Assembly (NCBI RefSeq): GCF_900199515.1
Contig: NZ_LT963434.1
Coordinates: 633,272 to 665,271, forward strand
Direction: 5' to 3'
Length of the DNA: 32,000 nt
Source: Massilicoli timonensis
GTDB taxonomy: Bacteria > Bacillota_I > Bacilli_A > Erysipelotrichales > Erysipelotrichaceae
A program made the position numbers and the translations under genes. Below, piece after piece: positions 7,712-15,420 of this stretch (its first letter is position 1; each line of letters begins with the position of its first letter). A model generated the notes under the pieces. That model had not been told where the DNA came from. It ran no database searches and saw only the letters and a program-made list of their open reading frames with translations.

Positions 7712-8512
7712 CTATAAGGCGTGAAAAAGCGGCTGCCCTTTCTCAAACGTACAAAACGAAGAAAACCCACATGCCCTTAACACCTGTTTGCCCTCCTCGA
7801 TATAAGCGCCGACCTGTGCGGCATCGTGAGAATCAGAACCGATCGTAACGATCACGCCGCCCAGTTCCCGATAACGCTTCAAAATCATATGGGAAGGCGT
7901 GCTGTCCGCAAGACCATAGCGATGATAAGAAGTGTTTAATTCAATGCCTTTGCCTTTTTCGATCGCCAGCTTTAAGATCGCATCGATCACGTCCATACAC
8001 GCTTCATCCGGATAAACGCCCTGCTCATCATAGCGCTTGATCATATCCAAATGTCCCAGCACCTGATAATCATCAAAGCGTTTCATGACCGCCAAGATCG
8101 CTTCGTAATACTGTCTGTTGTATTCCGCCTGCGTTTTGCCTTTTTGAAAACCCTGATCCCAAAACTCCAGATCATCGATCTGATGGTTTGATAAAATGAT
8201 AAAGTCAAAGGGATAAGCCGCATATACTTCCTGATAGCGCTTGATACACGCCTCCTGCACGCCGAACTCACAGCCAAAGCGAATCGTGATCTGATCCTGA
8301 TAGCGTTTCTTTAATGCCAGATAGTGCTCATAATAACGAGGAAAATCCAATTCCCAAAGTCCATGCCCTGCACCCTTGACGCTGTAATCACAATGATCCG
8401 TGATGCAGATCTCATCAAGACCTTTTCGGATCGCGGTTTCGATCAGTTCCTCTAAAGGAAGCGCGCTGTCCGGGGAAAAAGCACTGTGCATATGATAATC
8501 AGCCAACATCAT
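7712..8512 (-). CDS. PHP-domain histidinol-phosphatase, HisJ family
   Basis: 266 aa. Metal-binding motifs DYHMHSAFSPDS, ICITDHCDY, LGHLD and IGSDSH. AAGGAGA RBS upstream. Confidence 0.85.
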   Translation of the reverse strand: MMLADYHMHSAFSPDSALPLEELIETAIRKGLDEICITDHCDYSVKGAGHGLWELDFPRYYEHYLALKKRYQDQITIRFGCEFGVQEACIKRYQEVYAAYPFDFIILSNHQIDDLEFWDQGFQKGKTQAEYNRQYYEAILAVMKRFDDYQVLGHLDMIKRYDEQGVYPDEACMDVIDAILKLAIEKGKGIELNTSYHRYGLADSTPSHMILKRYRELGGVIVTIGSDSHDAAQVGAYIEEGKQVLRACGFSSFCTFEKGQPLFHAL

Positions 8513-8561
8513 TCATTTCTCCTTTCTATATCGCAAAATCATTGTACCAGAAGTAAGCAAA

Positions 8562-8600
8562 AATGCAAAAGAAAAAGGATGCAACACATCGTCATCCTTT
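8562..8600 (-). terminator. Terminator downstream of trxA
   Basis: Minus strand AAAGGATG-acgatgtgttg-CATCCTTT followed by the T-rich TTCTTTTGCATTTTT. A TTTGCA-17-TACAAT candidate promoter for the downstream phosphatase gene (8569-8541) overlaps its tail. Confidence 0.55.
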
Positions 8601-8614
8601 CTCACCACAGCAGA

Positions 8615-8926
8615 CTATAAATAAGCTTCGATCATCGCTTTCAGCTGTTCTTTCGGCTGGAATCCGGCACTCATCTTCACTGCCTCTCCATCCTTGAAAA
8701 CGATCAGCGTCGGCACCGACATGATGCCATAAGAGGAAGCCAATTCTCCTGATTCATCGACATCTACTTTTACGATCGCAGCCTTTCCCGCTAATTCTTC
8801 TGCCACTTCTTCCAAAACCGGTGACAACATTTTACAAGGTCCGCACCATGTCGCAAAGAAATCTACGACCAGTACGCCCGGCTGTTTTTTCAATTCTTCA
8901 AATTCCGCTTGCTTGATTACTTTCAT
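8615..8926 (-). CDS. trxA: Thioredoxin
   Basis: 103 aa with a WCGPC active site and the thioredoxin fold pattern (VVDFFATWCGPCKMLSP...VPTLIVFKDGE). Its start overlaps the upstream stop (ATGA). Confidence 0.95.
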   Translation of the reverse strand: MKVIKQAEFEELKKQPGVLVVDFFATWCGPCKMLSPVLEEVAEELAGKAAIVKVDVDESGELASSYGIMSVPTLIVFKDGEAVKMSAGFQPKEQLKAMIEAYL

Positions 8927-9819
8927 ACATTTTCCTCCGTTTCACCAATATGATATTGTTTCAATGTTTCGATAATGCCGTCATGATCATGATCGGCTAC
9001 AGTGATAGTATACGCCTTTTGCTTTACAATATCCATTGCGTTGCTCATTGCGATCGGATAAGCGCACACTTCAAACATGCTCAGATCATTTTCCCCATCG
9101 CCAAAACACATGACTTCGCTCATCGGAATGGACAAGCGCTGTGCCAGCATGCGCAATGCCTTGCCCTTGCTGAGATTGACCGGCATAATTTCCAGCCAAG
9201 TCGGCGTCGTACGGCCGATCCAGTACGTATCGCTCAGTTCACTGAGATCTTTCATCATCACTTCCAACTGCTTCGCTGTTGCGGGAATGCCGACCTTATT
9301 GATCTCTTCGACGATCTCGGAAGCGTGTTCCATATACATAATGCGCGCATAACCGTCCCGCGCATCAAAAAACACATTTGTGGCACCGGCGGTCCATGGG
9401 AAATCATCCGGGATATGATGTTCTTTACGCAGTTTCTTTTTTTCCTGCATACACACCTCGGGAATATGCACATATAAGCCGTCATCCATGATATATTGGG
9501 TTTCCACCTCATAAGGCTGAAGCAGGGCAAACAGTTCCCTGGCCTGTTGAATGGAAAGACGTTCCAGCACCTCACGCTGTTTCTTTTGCAGGTCATTGAT
9601 CGCCATTCCGTTTACTTCGATCAAATAGCCGCCGTACTTCTCTAACTGTAACTGCTCGGCATAGCGTTTCAAACGATTATAATTACGGCCGCTCACCAAC
9701 ACGATCTTAATGCCTTTTTGTTGCAGCTCGATCAGCTTCTTTGTCGTTTTCTCACTGATCGTCTGATCGCTTTGTAACAGCGTGCCGTCCATATCCATTG
9801 CAATTAACGATATTTTCAT
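8923..9819 (-). CDS. HAD-IIB (Cof-type) sugar-phosphatase family hydrolase
   Basis: Start moved to MKISLIAMDMDGTLL (ATG 9819, RBS GAGGTGG 5 nt upstream). DxDGT motif I, VSGR motif II and GDGENDLSM motif IV are present. Translationally coupled to trxA. Confidence 0.85.
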   Translation of the reverse strand: MKISLIAMDMDGTLLQSDQTISEKTTKKLIELQQKGIKIVLVSGRNYNRLKRYAEQLQLEKYGGYLIEVNGMAINDLQKKQREVLERLSIQQARELFALLQPYEVETQYIMDDGLYVHIPEVCMQEKKKLRKEHHIPDDFPWTAGATNVFFDARDGYARIMYMEHASEIVEEINKVGIPATAKQLEVMMKDLSELSDTYWIGRTTPTWLEIMPVNLSKGKALRMLAQRLSIPMSEVMCFGDGENDLSMFEVCAYPIAMSNAMDIVKQKAYTITVADHDHDGIIETLKQYHIGETEENV

Positions 9820-9951
9820 ATCTTCCACCTCATCTTCGTCAATTATACACTGATTCATTGGGAAACGCTATAACATTTCATGTAGTTGTTTCACAAAAAA
9901 GATGAATTCCGCATGCTTTTGTATTATGATTAAGCTAAGAAGGTGAAACAG

Positions 9952-10440
9952 ATGAAAAAAGAAAAGATCGAAAAGACCAACGCGATGCGTTTATTAGATC
10001 GTGCAGGCATTCCCTATCGCGTACACACTTATCCTCATGGAGACGGCCCTTCTTTGGGTGTTGATGTCGCCGCTCATTTACAAATAGATCCTGCCATGGT
10101 GTTTAAGACCTTGCTTTGCGTTTCATTGAAAAAACAATATTATGTATTTGTGGTGCCGTCAAATGCAGAACTGGATCTGAAAAAATGCGCCAAAGCGGTA
10201 AAGGCAAAAAGCGTAGAGCTGATCCCGGTCAAGGAGATCAATCAAGTCAGCGGTTATGTACGGGGCGGCTGTTCTCCGCTCGGCATGAAGAAAACGTATG
10301 TAACTGTTTTTGATATTACCTGCCTGCGTTTTGATACGATCGTGTTCAGCGCCGGCAAGATCGGCTATCAGATCGAGACGAACCCTCACGCTGTCATCAA
10401 ACTGCTCGGTGCATCTACCGCGGCGATCCAAAAAGAATAA
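9952..10440 (+). CDS. ybaK: Cys-tRNA(Pro)/Cys-tRNA(Cys) deacylase, YbaK/EbsC family
   Basis: 162 aa from ATG 9952 (AAGGTG RBS 6 nt upstream; the ORF-track start at 9943 is a GTG inside the RBS). TNAMRLLD...YxVHxY N-terminus and the GYVRGGCSPLG motif are typical of YbaK. Confidence 0.8.
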   Translation: MKKEKIEKTNAMRLLDRAGIPYRVHTYPHGDGPSLGVDVAAHLQIDPAMVFKTLLCVSLKKQYYVFVVPSNAELDLKKCAKAVKAKSVELIPVKEINQVSGYVRGGCSPLGMKKTYVTVFDITCLRFDTIVFSAGKIGYQIETNPHAVIKLLGASTAAIQKE

Positions 10441-10526
10441 GACACCTGTATTTCATAAAGATAAACTTTTTAGCACTATACTTATGGAACTTTATCGATC
10501 ACCCAAACAATATTTTCAAACAAAAC

Positions 10527-10553
10527 AAAAGGCAGGAATCATTCTGCCTTTTT
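10527..10553. terminator. Bidirectional terminator between convergent ybaK and the GNAT gene
   Basis: AAAAGGCAG-gaatcatt-CTGCCTTTTT, with an A run on one side and a T run on the other. Confidence 0.7.
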
Positions 10554-10561
10554 ACCGTTTG

Positions 10562-11155
10562 CTATGCTTCATCATCCAGTTCTTCGATAAAATGATTCTC
10601 ATATCGTTTCCAATAGCCATCATACACATCATCGCTGTCCGTAAAATGCAGCTGGTACATGCGAAAGACAACCTTTTTGTTTTTCGGCTGCCATAATTCC
10701 TCATAAGAATAACGATATATCATCCCCAGTGCCTGCATTACCCTACCGCTGCGCACATTGTTTCGATCGTGTGTCGCACTGATAAAGGGCAGTCCATCAC
10801 TTCTTACCTGTTCAATAACAGCTTTCCCCGCTTCTCTTATGATCCCCTGATGCCAATATGCTTTCAACAGTCCATAACCGAAGTCATAAGGTTCCTCCAC
10901 ATCTGCCTTTATGTAGCCTATGGGCACATTGTCGCTTTTCAAGCAGATCGCATAAGCATAGCCTGATTGCTTTGCATACTGCGCAGCATAATGCGTTTGA
11001 TAAAACGCGCTTGTTTCCTCAATGTCTTTCATTGGAAACCATGGCAAAAAGCGATTAACTTCTTCATCTTTTAGGATCAGAAACAGCGCCTCTAAATCAG
11101 CTTCTGTAAAACGCCTTAAGATCAGCCGCTTTGTTTCCAGTGTCGGTGTATTCAT
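10562..11155 (-). CDS. GNAT-family N-acetyltransferase (RimJ/RimL-like)
   Basis: 197 aa. LETKRLILRRFTEADLEALFLIL... N-terminus typical of the Acetyltransf_3 group. GGAGAGGAGA RBS. Confidence 0.85.
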   Translation of the reverse strand: MNTPTLETKRLILRRFTEADLEALFLILKDEEVNRFLPWFPMKDIEETSAFYQTHYAAQYAKQSGYAYAICLKSDNVPIGYIKADVEEPYDFGYGLLKAYWHQGIIREAGKAVIEQVRSDGLPFISATHDRNNVRSGRVMQALGMIYRYSYEELWQPKNKKVVFRMYQLHFTDSDDVYDGYWKRYENHFIEELDDEA

Positions 11156-11300
11156 ATACTGGTTTCTCCTCTCCTGTGCTGCGCTTCTTTATGCCAGTGT
11201 GCATGAGTTTCAAGCATATTTTCAGTTGAAACAAAACGTTTGCATCAACCGATTCTTCATCATGACCTGCGTCCTTTTGCGGCTGCCTGTGATGCAGCGC

Positions 11301-11981
11301 TTATTCATCAAGCAGATGGTTGCGGGAATCGGCAATCGTTTCCATATCGGTTACCAGTACGATATGATCGTCTTCCTGAAAATGATAGTCTACGTCAATA
11401 TTCATCTTCAAATCATCGCTGCTTTGATTGCGCAGACCGATGACATTGATTCCAAACCGGCTTCTGGCGTCGATTTCCTTCAAAGATTTTCCGACCCACT
11501 CCTTCGGCACTTTCAGCTCGACGATACTGTAATTGGCATCAATATCGATCATGTCGAAAATATTACGGCTCAATAGGCTTTTCCCCAACTGCTTGCCGTA
11601 TTCTTTTTCCGGCCGTACGACCCGATCTGCACCGACCTTCTGAAAGATCTGCATATACCTCTTGTTCTTCGCTTTGGCTACGACATATGGCACACCCAGT
11701 TCTTTTAAGTTGATAATGGCCATGACGCTGTCCTCCAAATGACTGCCGGTCCCGACGATCGCAACATCACAATCCGCGACGCCTACCGCACGCAGCTGTT
11801 CCTTGTTGGTAATATCGCACTGCACCGCTTGTGTCACATCATCAGCCAAGCGCTCCACACAGGTCATATCCTTGTCGATGGCAAGCACTTCACAATCATA
11901 ACTGCTCAATGTTTTGGCAACCGTTGAGCCGAATATACCAAGGCCCAGTACACAATATTGACGATCATTCATTTTACGCAT
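11301..11981 (-). CDS. ktrA: K+ uptake system peripheral NAD-binding subunit (TrkA/KtrA family)
   Basis: Start at MRKMND (ATG 11981, RBS AAGGAGA 7 nt upstream, overlapping the ktrB stop). Rossmann motif VLGLGIFG and a C-terminal TrkA_C region. Confidence 0.9.
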   Translation of the reverse strand: MRKMNDRQYCVLGLGIFGSTVAKTLSSYDCEVLAIDKDMTCVERLADDVTQAVQCDITNKEQLRAVGVADCDVAIVGTGSHLEDSVMAIINLKELGVPYVVAKAKNKRYMQIFQKVGADRVVRPEKEYGKQLGKSLLSRNIFDMIDIDANYSIVELKVPKEWVGKSLKEIDARSRFGINVIGLRNQSSDDLKMNIDVDYHFQEDDHIVLVTDMETIADSRNHLLDE

Positions 11982-11993
11982 ACACACATCTCC

Positions 11994-13382
11994 TTATCCG
12001 ATTAAAATATTTCCGTTTGGATACGCGATCGGGCGGTCATCCACCCGTTTCATTTTGATCAGCGACAACAGCAGCGTCGCAATGCCGATCCTGCCGGCAT
12101 ACATCAATAAGATGATGATCACTTTCCCTATTGCCGATAAACTTGTCGTAATACCAAGCGTCAATCCGACTGTCGCCATGGCGGAAACCGCTTCAAACGC
12201 CAGATTCACAAAACCCAGCGCGCCATCGCTGACACAAAGCAGAAAGATCCCCACAAACAGCGTGATCAGGTTAATGACCATCACATTGCTGGCACGGATG
12301 ATCGTTTCACGGGGAATCAGACGATGGAAAGCTTTGACATGCTCCTGTCCTTTTAACATCGTATAGATGAAAGCACACAGCACGAAGAAAGTCGTCGTCT
12401 TGATCCCGCCTGCCGTTCCGCCCGGCGACCCGCCGATAAACATCAAGATCATCATCAAGAACTTTGTGGCGACCGTAGTGGTGGAAAGATCCATCGTCGC
12501 AAAACCGGCTGTACGCAAAGTAACCGATTGAAACAAGGAAGCCAAGCCCATATCCAAACCACTGTAATTCTGAAAGGTCAGCGGATTTGGATATTCTAAT
12601 AAAAAGAATACCAGCGCGCCGCCGAAGATCAATATCGCCGTCATAAGCAATACCGCTTTGGTATGCGTGGAAAGCGTCCGCAGCGCTTTGCGCAGTGAAA
12701 TACGGCGATGGAACAGATCATGTAACTTATCCCTTACATCAAACCATACGGCAAACCCGATCCCGCCTAACACAATGAGCGTCATGATCACAAAATTCAA
12801 AGTGAGATCACCGCGATAACCGATGAGCGAATCGGCGCCGAACAGATCAAAACCGGCATTACAGAAAGCGCTGACCGATAAAAACAAGGCATGGAAAAAG
12901 CCCTGCCAGATCCCAAATTCCGGCATGAGACGAATCGCGAGAATGACAACGCCCAATCCTTCAAAAAACAGGGTATAGCGTAAGATATCGACCAAAAACG
13001 TACGCATGTCGAAAATATTGTTTTTGTTTAACATTTCCTGCATCGCCAGCTTTTCTTTCATGCTCAGTTTATTTTTCATCGCCAACACGAACAAAGCCAT
13101 CAAGGTCATGAGCCCCAATCCGCCAATCTGGATCAGCAGCATCATGACGATCTGACCGAACAGATTAAACTGTGTCGCAATGGGACTGGTAAATAATCCG
13201 GTTACACAGGTCGCGCTGGTGGCAGTGAAAAGCGCGTCTAAAAACGGGAAAAAACCGCCGTCTTTATTACTGATCGGCAGCCATAACAAAACTGCTCCGC
13301 TTAAGATCACCAATAAAAAGGTCAATGCGATCTTGCGGGCAGGTGATAAACGACGATACTTTTCTTTGATGAATGTGATCAT
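11994..13382 (-). CDS. ktrB: K+ transporter membrane subunit (TrkH/KtrB family)
   Basis: Start moved to MITFIKEKYRRLSPARK (ATG 13382, RBS GAGGTGG 6 nt upstream). Polytopic, with repeated selectivity-filter-like segments (TATCVTGL, CNAGFD, RTAGFAT, MATVGLT). Confidence 0.9.
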   Translation of the reverse strand: MITFIKEKYRRLSPARKIALTFLLVILSGAVLLWLPISNKDGGFFPFLDALFTATSATCVTGLFTSPIATQFNLFGQIVMMLLIQIGGLGLMTLMALFVLAMKNKLSMKEKLAMQEMLNKNNIFDMRTFLVDILRYTLFFEGLGVVILAIRLMPEFGIWQGFFHALFLSVSAFCNAGFDLFGADSLIGYRGDLTLNFVIMTLIVLGGIGFAVWFDVRDKLHDLFHRRISLRKALRTLSTHTKAVLLMTAILIFGGALVFFLLEYPNPLTFQNYSGLDMGLASLFQSVTLRTAGFATMDLSTTTVATKFLMMILMFIGGSPGGTAGGIKTTTFFVLCAFIYTMLKGQEHVKAFHRLIPRETIIRASNVMVINLITLFVGIFLLCVSDGALGFVNLAFEAVSAMATVGLTLGITTSLSAIGKVIIILLMYAGRIGIATLLLSLIKMKRVDDRPIAYPNGNILIG

Positions 13383-13404
13383 TTCAATCCACCTCTTACG
13401 CACC

Positions 13405-13432
13405 ATTTTACACACTTTTTTAATTTTTTCAA
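13405..13432 (-). promoter_or_regulatory. Candidate sigma-A promoter of ktrBA
   Basis: Minus strand TTGAAA (13432-13427), 16 nt, TAAAAT (13410-13405). It lies inside the rejected N-terminal ORF extension, which supports the shorter start. Confidence 0.5.
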
Positions 13433-13473
13433 CTATTTTACGTAGATTTAACATTTGTAAGAAACAGTCACAT

Positions 13474-13502
13474 AAAAAAAGTCAATCCGCAACAGATCGA
13501 CT
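13474..13502 (-). terminator. Rho-independent terminator of the rubrerythrin operon
   Basis: Minus strand AGTCGATC-tgttgcg-GATTGACT (one G-U pair) followed by T7. Confidence 0.75.
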
Positions 13503-13512
13503 CTTGAAAACC

Positions 13513-14049
13513 TTAATAGTTTTCACAGCACAATGCAAAATAAGAGGCTGTGTGATGACAGATCGGACAGCAGTTTGGGGCGCTGCATCCACAATGCAGA
13601 TGTCCGCAGTTCAAACATTCCCAAACCACTTCCTCTTTCCGCTCAAACACCGTACCGTCTTCTAAATTGTTCAGCAATGCCACAAAGCGCGCTTCATGGC
13701 GTTTTTCAATACAGGCAACGCCTTCCATCGCCTCCGCGATCTCGCAAAAGCCTTCTTCTCTTGCTTCTTTCGCCATGCGTGCATACATGCTCGTCCATTC
13801 CGCATTTTCCGCTCCTGCCGCCGTTTTCAGATTATCCTTCGTGCATGGGATCCCACAGCAAAGATAAGAAAACCACAGCTTGGCATGCTCCTTTTCATTG
13901 CCTGCGGTCTGTTCAAACAGCTTAGCGATCTGGACCAGCCCTTCTTCATACGCCTTGTTCGCATAAAAAGTATATTGATTGCGTGCTTCACTCTCTTTTG
14001 CAAATGCCTCTAACAAATTCGCCTCAGTCTTTGTTCCTGCTAATTCCAT
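13513..14049 (-). CDS. rbr: Rubrerythrin (diiron four-helix bundle plus C-terminal rubredoxin-like domain), unusually Cys-rich
   Basis: Start at MELAGTKTEANL (ATG 14049, RBS AGGAGGGG). Diiron ligand motifs ESEARNQY, NEKEHAKLW, GAENAEW and IEKRHEARF. C-terminal CLNC...CPIC. 14 Cys in 178 aa. Confidence 0.9.
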   Translation of the reverse strand: MELAGTKTEANLLEAFAKESEARNQYTFYANKAYEEGLVQIAKLFEQTAGNEKEHAKLWFSYLCCGIPCTKDNLKTAAGAENAEWTSMYARMAKEAREEGFCEIAEAMEGVACIEKRHEARFVALLNNLEDGTVFERKEEVVWECLNCGHLHCGCSAPNCCPICHHTASYFALCCENY

Positions 14050-14060
14050 ATATGCCCCTC

Positions 14061-14393
14061 CTAAAATTTCCCTTTCTTCTGATGTCCTGCCAATTCTGCC
14101 TTTGCCAGCTGTTTGATCTCCCAAGCGTCTTTTATGACGATTTCAAACACCTTTTTGCAGCCCGGATCTAAATTTTCTTCAATACCGATCTTTGCTGCTT
14201 CTATTAACTCTGCCGCCAAGGCGATGATCTTGATGTGCTGATCGTTGGTGCGTTCACTGTCATACAGCAGCTGTGACTGCACTTCATTCAGTTTTTGAAA
14301 ATGCTCGCTGCCTACTCCGCATTTGATACATACTGCCGGTGCTTGGATCGCTTCGCAGACATAGCCGCACACATCACATTTCCACAAGTCCAT
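14061..14393 (-). CDS. Small rubredoxin-like (CxxC-x12-CxxC) protein with a helical C-terminal domain, function unknown
   Basis: Start at MDLWKCDVCGY (ATG 14393, 7 nt after AGGAGG; an ATG at 14399 sits only 1 nt after the RBS). WKCDVCGYV...CIKCG is a rubredoxin/rubrerythrin-type knuckle pair. Stop lies 11 nt before the rbr start. Confidence 0.6.
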   Translation of the reverse strand: MDLWKCDVCGYVCEAIQAPAVCIKCGVGSEHFQKLNEVQSQLLYDSERTNDQHIKIIALAAELIEAAKIGIEENLDPGCKKVFEIVIKDAWEIKQLAKAELAGHQKKGKF

Positions 14394-14435
14394 CGACATA
14401 CCTCCTTTGCATTTAGTATATGCGCTTTCCATCGG

Positions 14436-14474
14436 ATTATGATAAACGCATGCGTCTACGTATCGTTTCATAAT
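14436..14474. promoter_or_regulatory. Dyad-symmetry region upstream of the rubredoxin-like/rubrerythrin operon (candidate operator)
   Basis: ATTATGA (14436-14442) and TCATAAT (14468-14474) form a perfect 7-bp inverted repeat. A perfect 10-bp palindrome ACGCATGCGT is at 14446-14455. The region overlaps -10-like CATAAT on the minus strand. Confidence 0.35.
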
Positions 14475-14573
14475 ACAGAAAGCTTTTATTTAGAGGTCTT
14501 ACATGAAAAAAGACATGATCGCTCATGCCTTGCCTGCTGATGGATGTTTTAACCTTTTTATCCGCCGCTGCTG

Positions 14574-15104
14574 TCATAAACATAAAACAAAGGTCAATGC
14601 GTCATAGCGTTTCCCCGCTACTTCCCGATGCTCTTTTTTGCGGGCGATCTCTTTGAATCCCAGCTTGTTCGCCAGTGCGATCATCGCTTCATTGCCTGAC
14701 CATGTCTGGGTATATAAACACGTTAGCCCTTTCGCTCGATAATAATCGATCGCCTTGCACAAAGCAAGCCTGCCATATCCTTTTCCACGATAACCGTCCT
14801 GCGCGATGCTGATGCCGATCGCTAAGCCGCTTTCAGGAGCAGTAAACCATTCCATATCCCGATAAGTGCTGATCCAGCCGACATGGACGCCGTCCACTTC
14901 TATTTCAAAGCGACAGCAAAGCGTATTGGCAGACCTTTTTTGCATTTGTTCATAATAGTTCGTCCAGTTTTCCCGCTCCTCTTGCACAGTACCGGTAAAC
15001 GGCTCCCATGGTGCATCTGTCGATCCCCACTTCGTTTCTGTGGTAAACCAGCGTACATAATCTTCAATATCTGTTTGTTTCATTTCCCGCAGCAACAACA
15101 TCAT
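14574..15104 (-). CDS. GNAT-family N-acetyltransferase
   Basis: 176 aa. Motif A region YRGKGYGRLAL. AGGAGGGTG RBS; the start may be the second ATG at 15101. Confidence 0.85.
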   Translation of the reverse strand: MMLLLREMKQTDIEDYVRWFTTETKWGSTDAPWEPFTGTVQEERENWTNYYEQMQKRSANTLCCRFEIEVDGVHVGWISTYRDMEWFTAPESGLAIGISIAQDGYRGKGYGRLALCKAIDYYRAKGLTCLYTQTWSGNEAMIALANKLGFKEIARKKEHREVAGKRYDALTFVLCL

Positions 15105-15420
15105 TCACCCTCCTATTGATACGCGCTTCCCCTTATCAACAGCTCATTTCGTCTGTTTTATTTCAGGTAATCAAAAAACGGTATGCCTCTGTCTTTATTT
15201 ATACGCTTCTATTCAGGCAAATGCAAGAAAATGACCACAAAAGCTTTCACAAAGCATATTCGTTTTTTTGAAATTATGTCGTTTTTTCGTTTTTATCACC
15301 GTTTTTATTGCTATAAAATGATAATTTACCTCTAATTTTTGTTTTTATTTCATATTTTTATAGATTTTTTTCATATTTCCTATATAATTACCAATATAGA
15401 TAAAATAAGGAGGCTTATTT

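Noticed and set aside
7460-7717. 85-aa + strand ORF in the large intergenic gap
   Set aside because: It has no RBS, an AT-rich low-complexity translation, and runs into the convergent phosphatase gene. It is most likely non-coding spacer.
11226-11248. Imperfect palindrome TTGAAACAAAACGTTTGCATCAA between ktrA and the GNAT gene
   Set aside because: It contains mismatches and has no T run that would make it a terminator. There is no second copy and no clear promoter context.
13383-13512. Expected c-di-AMP (ydaO/kimA-type) riboswitch upstream of the K+ uptake operon
   Set aside because: Only about 90 nt separate the rbr terminator from the ktrB start, and the predicted leader is about 16 nt. 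There is no room for the riboswitch and no conserved motifs.
15116-15139. Hairpin TTGATA-cgcgcttcccct-TATCAA with a C-rich loop next to the GNAT start, considered as a fifth sRNA-like element
   Set aside because: It has no -10 box, no terminator and no 17-mer core. It lies within the 5' region of the minus-strand GNAT transcript and is probably incidental.
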